This document shows, piece after piece, positions 22,400 through 22,833 of a stretch of 22,833 nt of DNA. Source of the DNA: Paramoeba atlantica (Eukaryota; Protista; Discosea); assembly GCA_977017575.1 (NCBI GenBank), contig CDRNVI010000232.1:1-22833 (forward strand), written 5' to 3'. The notes under the pieces were generated by a model. That model saw nothing but the letters and a program-made list of their open reading frames with translations. It did not search any database and was not told where the DNA came from. The first letter of the stretch is position 1, and the number at the start of each line of letters is the position of its first letter. A program made the translations under genes and the position numbers.

Positions 22400-22669
22400 T
22401 TATCAAGATATTTTTTTTTAAACCATTAATTTGTTTCATATTAAGAGATTCTTTTATATTCATTCTAGATAAAGAAAAATCTCGAAAAACAGATCTCTTT
22501 AAACCAGTTTCTATACAAAAATTCTTTCTTAAAATATTCTGTATAGGAAAATTCAAAAAAATATTTTCTTTTTCCTATATATTTTTAAAATTTTTAATAA
22601 TAATACTAATGTATTATTATTATTATATATTCTTTCATTTTTATAATTTTTTAAAAAATATTTTTTCAT
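22400..22669 (-). CDS. rps14: Mitochondrial ribosomal protein S14; compensating -1/+1 homopolymer shifts
   Basis: RKNFCIETGLKRSVFRDFSLSR and terminal GLKKISW(TGA)-TAA, matching the S14 C-terminal Trp. Start at 22669 is inferred. Missed by the track. Confidence 0.85.
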
Positions 22670-22833
22670 GTAATTTATTATTATTATTATTAAAATTTAT
22701 AATAAAATTTAATTTAAAAATTAAATTATTTACCAATATATCTTCATCACTATTTAATCCTAATAAAAAATTAAAATTTTTTAATTCTATTATATATTTA
22801 TTTTCTTTTCTATAAATTAAACTACTTTCATTA
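22641..22833 (-). CDS. rpl5: 3' end of a gene, probably ribosomal protein L5 (runs off window)
   Basis: Open frame NESSLIYRKENKYIIELKNFNFLLGL...KKL-TAA directly upstream of rps14. Identity mainly from conserved rpl5-rps14-rps8-rpl6 order. Confidence 0.5.
   Translation of the reverse strand, partial: NESSLIYRKENKYIIELKNFNFLLGLNSDEDILVNNLIFKLNFIINFNNNNNKLHEKIFFKKL

Larger units (their letters stand above)
8960..22833 (-). other. Protist mitochondrial genome fragment, TGA=Trp (translation table 4-like)
   Basis: Extreme AT richness; nad/atp/cob/rps/rpl gene set typical of mtDNA; in-frame TGA at conserved Trp sites; tiny spacers; single coding strand. Confidence 0.95.

Noticed and set aside
9600-22740. 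AAT/ATA microsatellite-like runs and possible CRISPR-like periodicity
   Set aside because: They lie inside coding frames (Asn/Ile runs) and are expected at this AT content; no constant repeat-spacer structure.
22609-22815. Plus-strand 68-aa ORF
   Set aside because: Antisense shadow of the rpl5/rps14 region.
8960-22833. AT-rich prophage, genomic island or reduced endosymbiont (Mycoplasma-like, TGA=Trp) DNA
   Set aside because: The gene set (cob, atp6, MPQLD-type atp8, nad genes without the rest of an nuo operon, trimmed rpl5-rps14-rps8-rpl6-rps13 cluster) is mitochondrial; no integrase, phage genes or attachment repeats.
8960-22833. tRNA or rRNA genes, introns, homing endonucleases
   Set aside because: No T-loop (GTTCRA) cloverleaf or rRNA-like segment seen; gaps between genes are too short and genes are colinear with homologues. 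Highly AT-rich tRNAs within 17280-20990 cannot be fully excluded by eye.

Overview
The window joins two unrelated genomes. Bases 1-~8959 (roughly 40% GC by eye) are a Flavobacteriaceae-like (Bacteroidota) chromosomal segment: outer-membrane beta-barrel, TlpA redoxin, rhomboid protease, lipid A acyltransferase, sterol-desaturase-family protein, NTF2-like protein, glmM, ACP phosphodiesterase and ggt. Bases ~8960-22833 (well under 20% GC by eye) are a compact protist mitochondrial genome fragment. All its genes are on the minus strand and TGA encodes Trp. In transcription order: rpl5'-rps14-rps8-rpl6-ORF62-rps13-giant K/N-rich ORF region (rps11 position)-atp8-cob-ORF167 (atp4-like)-nad3-atp6-nad4L-nad5-nad6-nad11-nad1'. 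The junction at 8959/8960 is sharp and truncates both ggt and nad1. It has at most 1 nt of overlap and no mobile-element signature, so a chimeric read or mis-assembly is the most likely explanation; real transfer would need read-level proof. Genes in both halves carry +/-1 frameshifts at homopolymer runs, pointing to uncorrected long-read error rather than pseudogenes. The ORF track used a code in which TGA is a stop, so it fragments or misses most mitochondrial genes (nad1, atp8, rps14, rpl5, ORF62). I found no defence system, CRISPR array, tRNA, rRNA or mobile element. The best candidates for new biology are within the unidentified mitogenome. All calls are from manual translation and motif recall, with no database searches.
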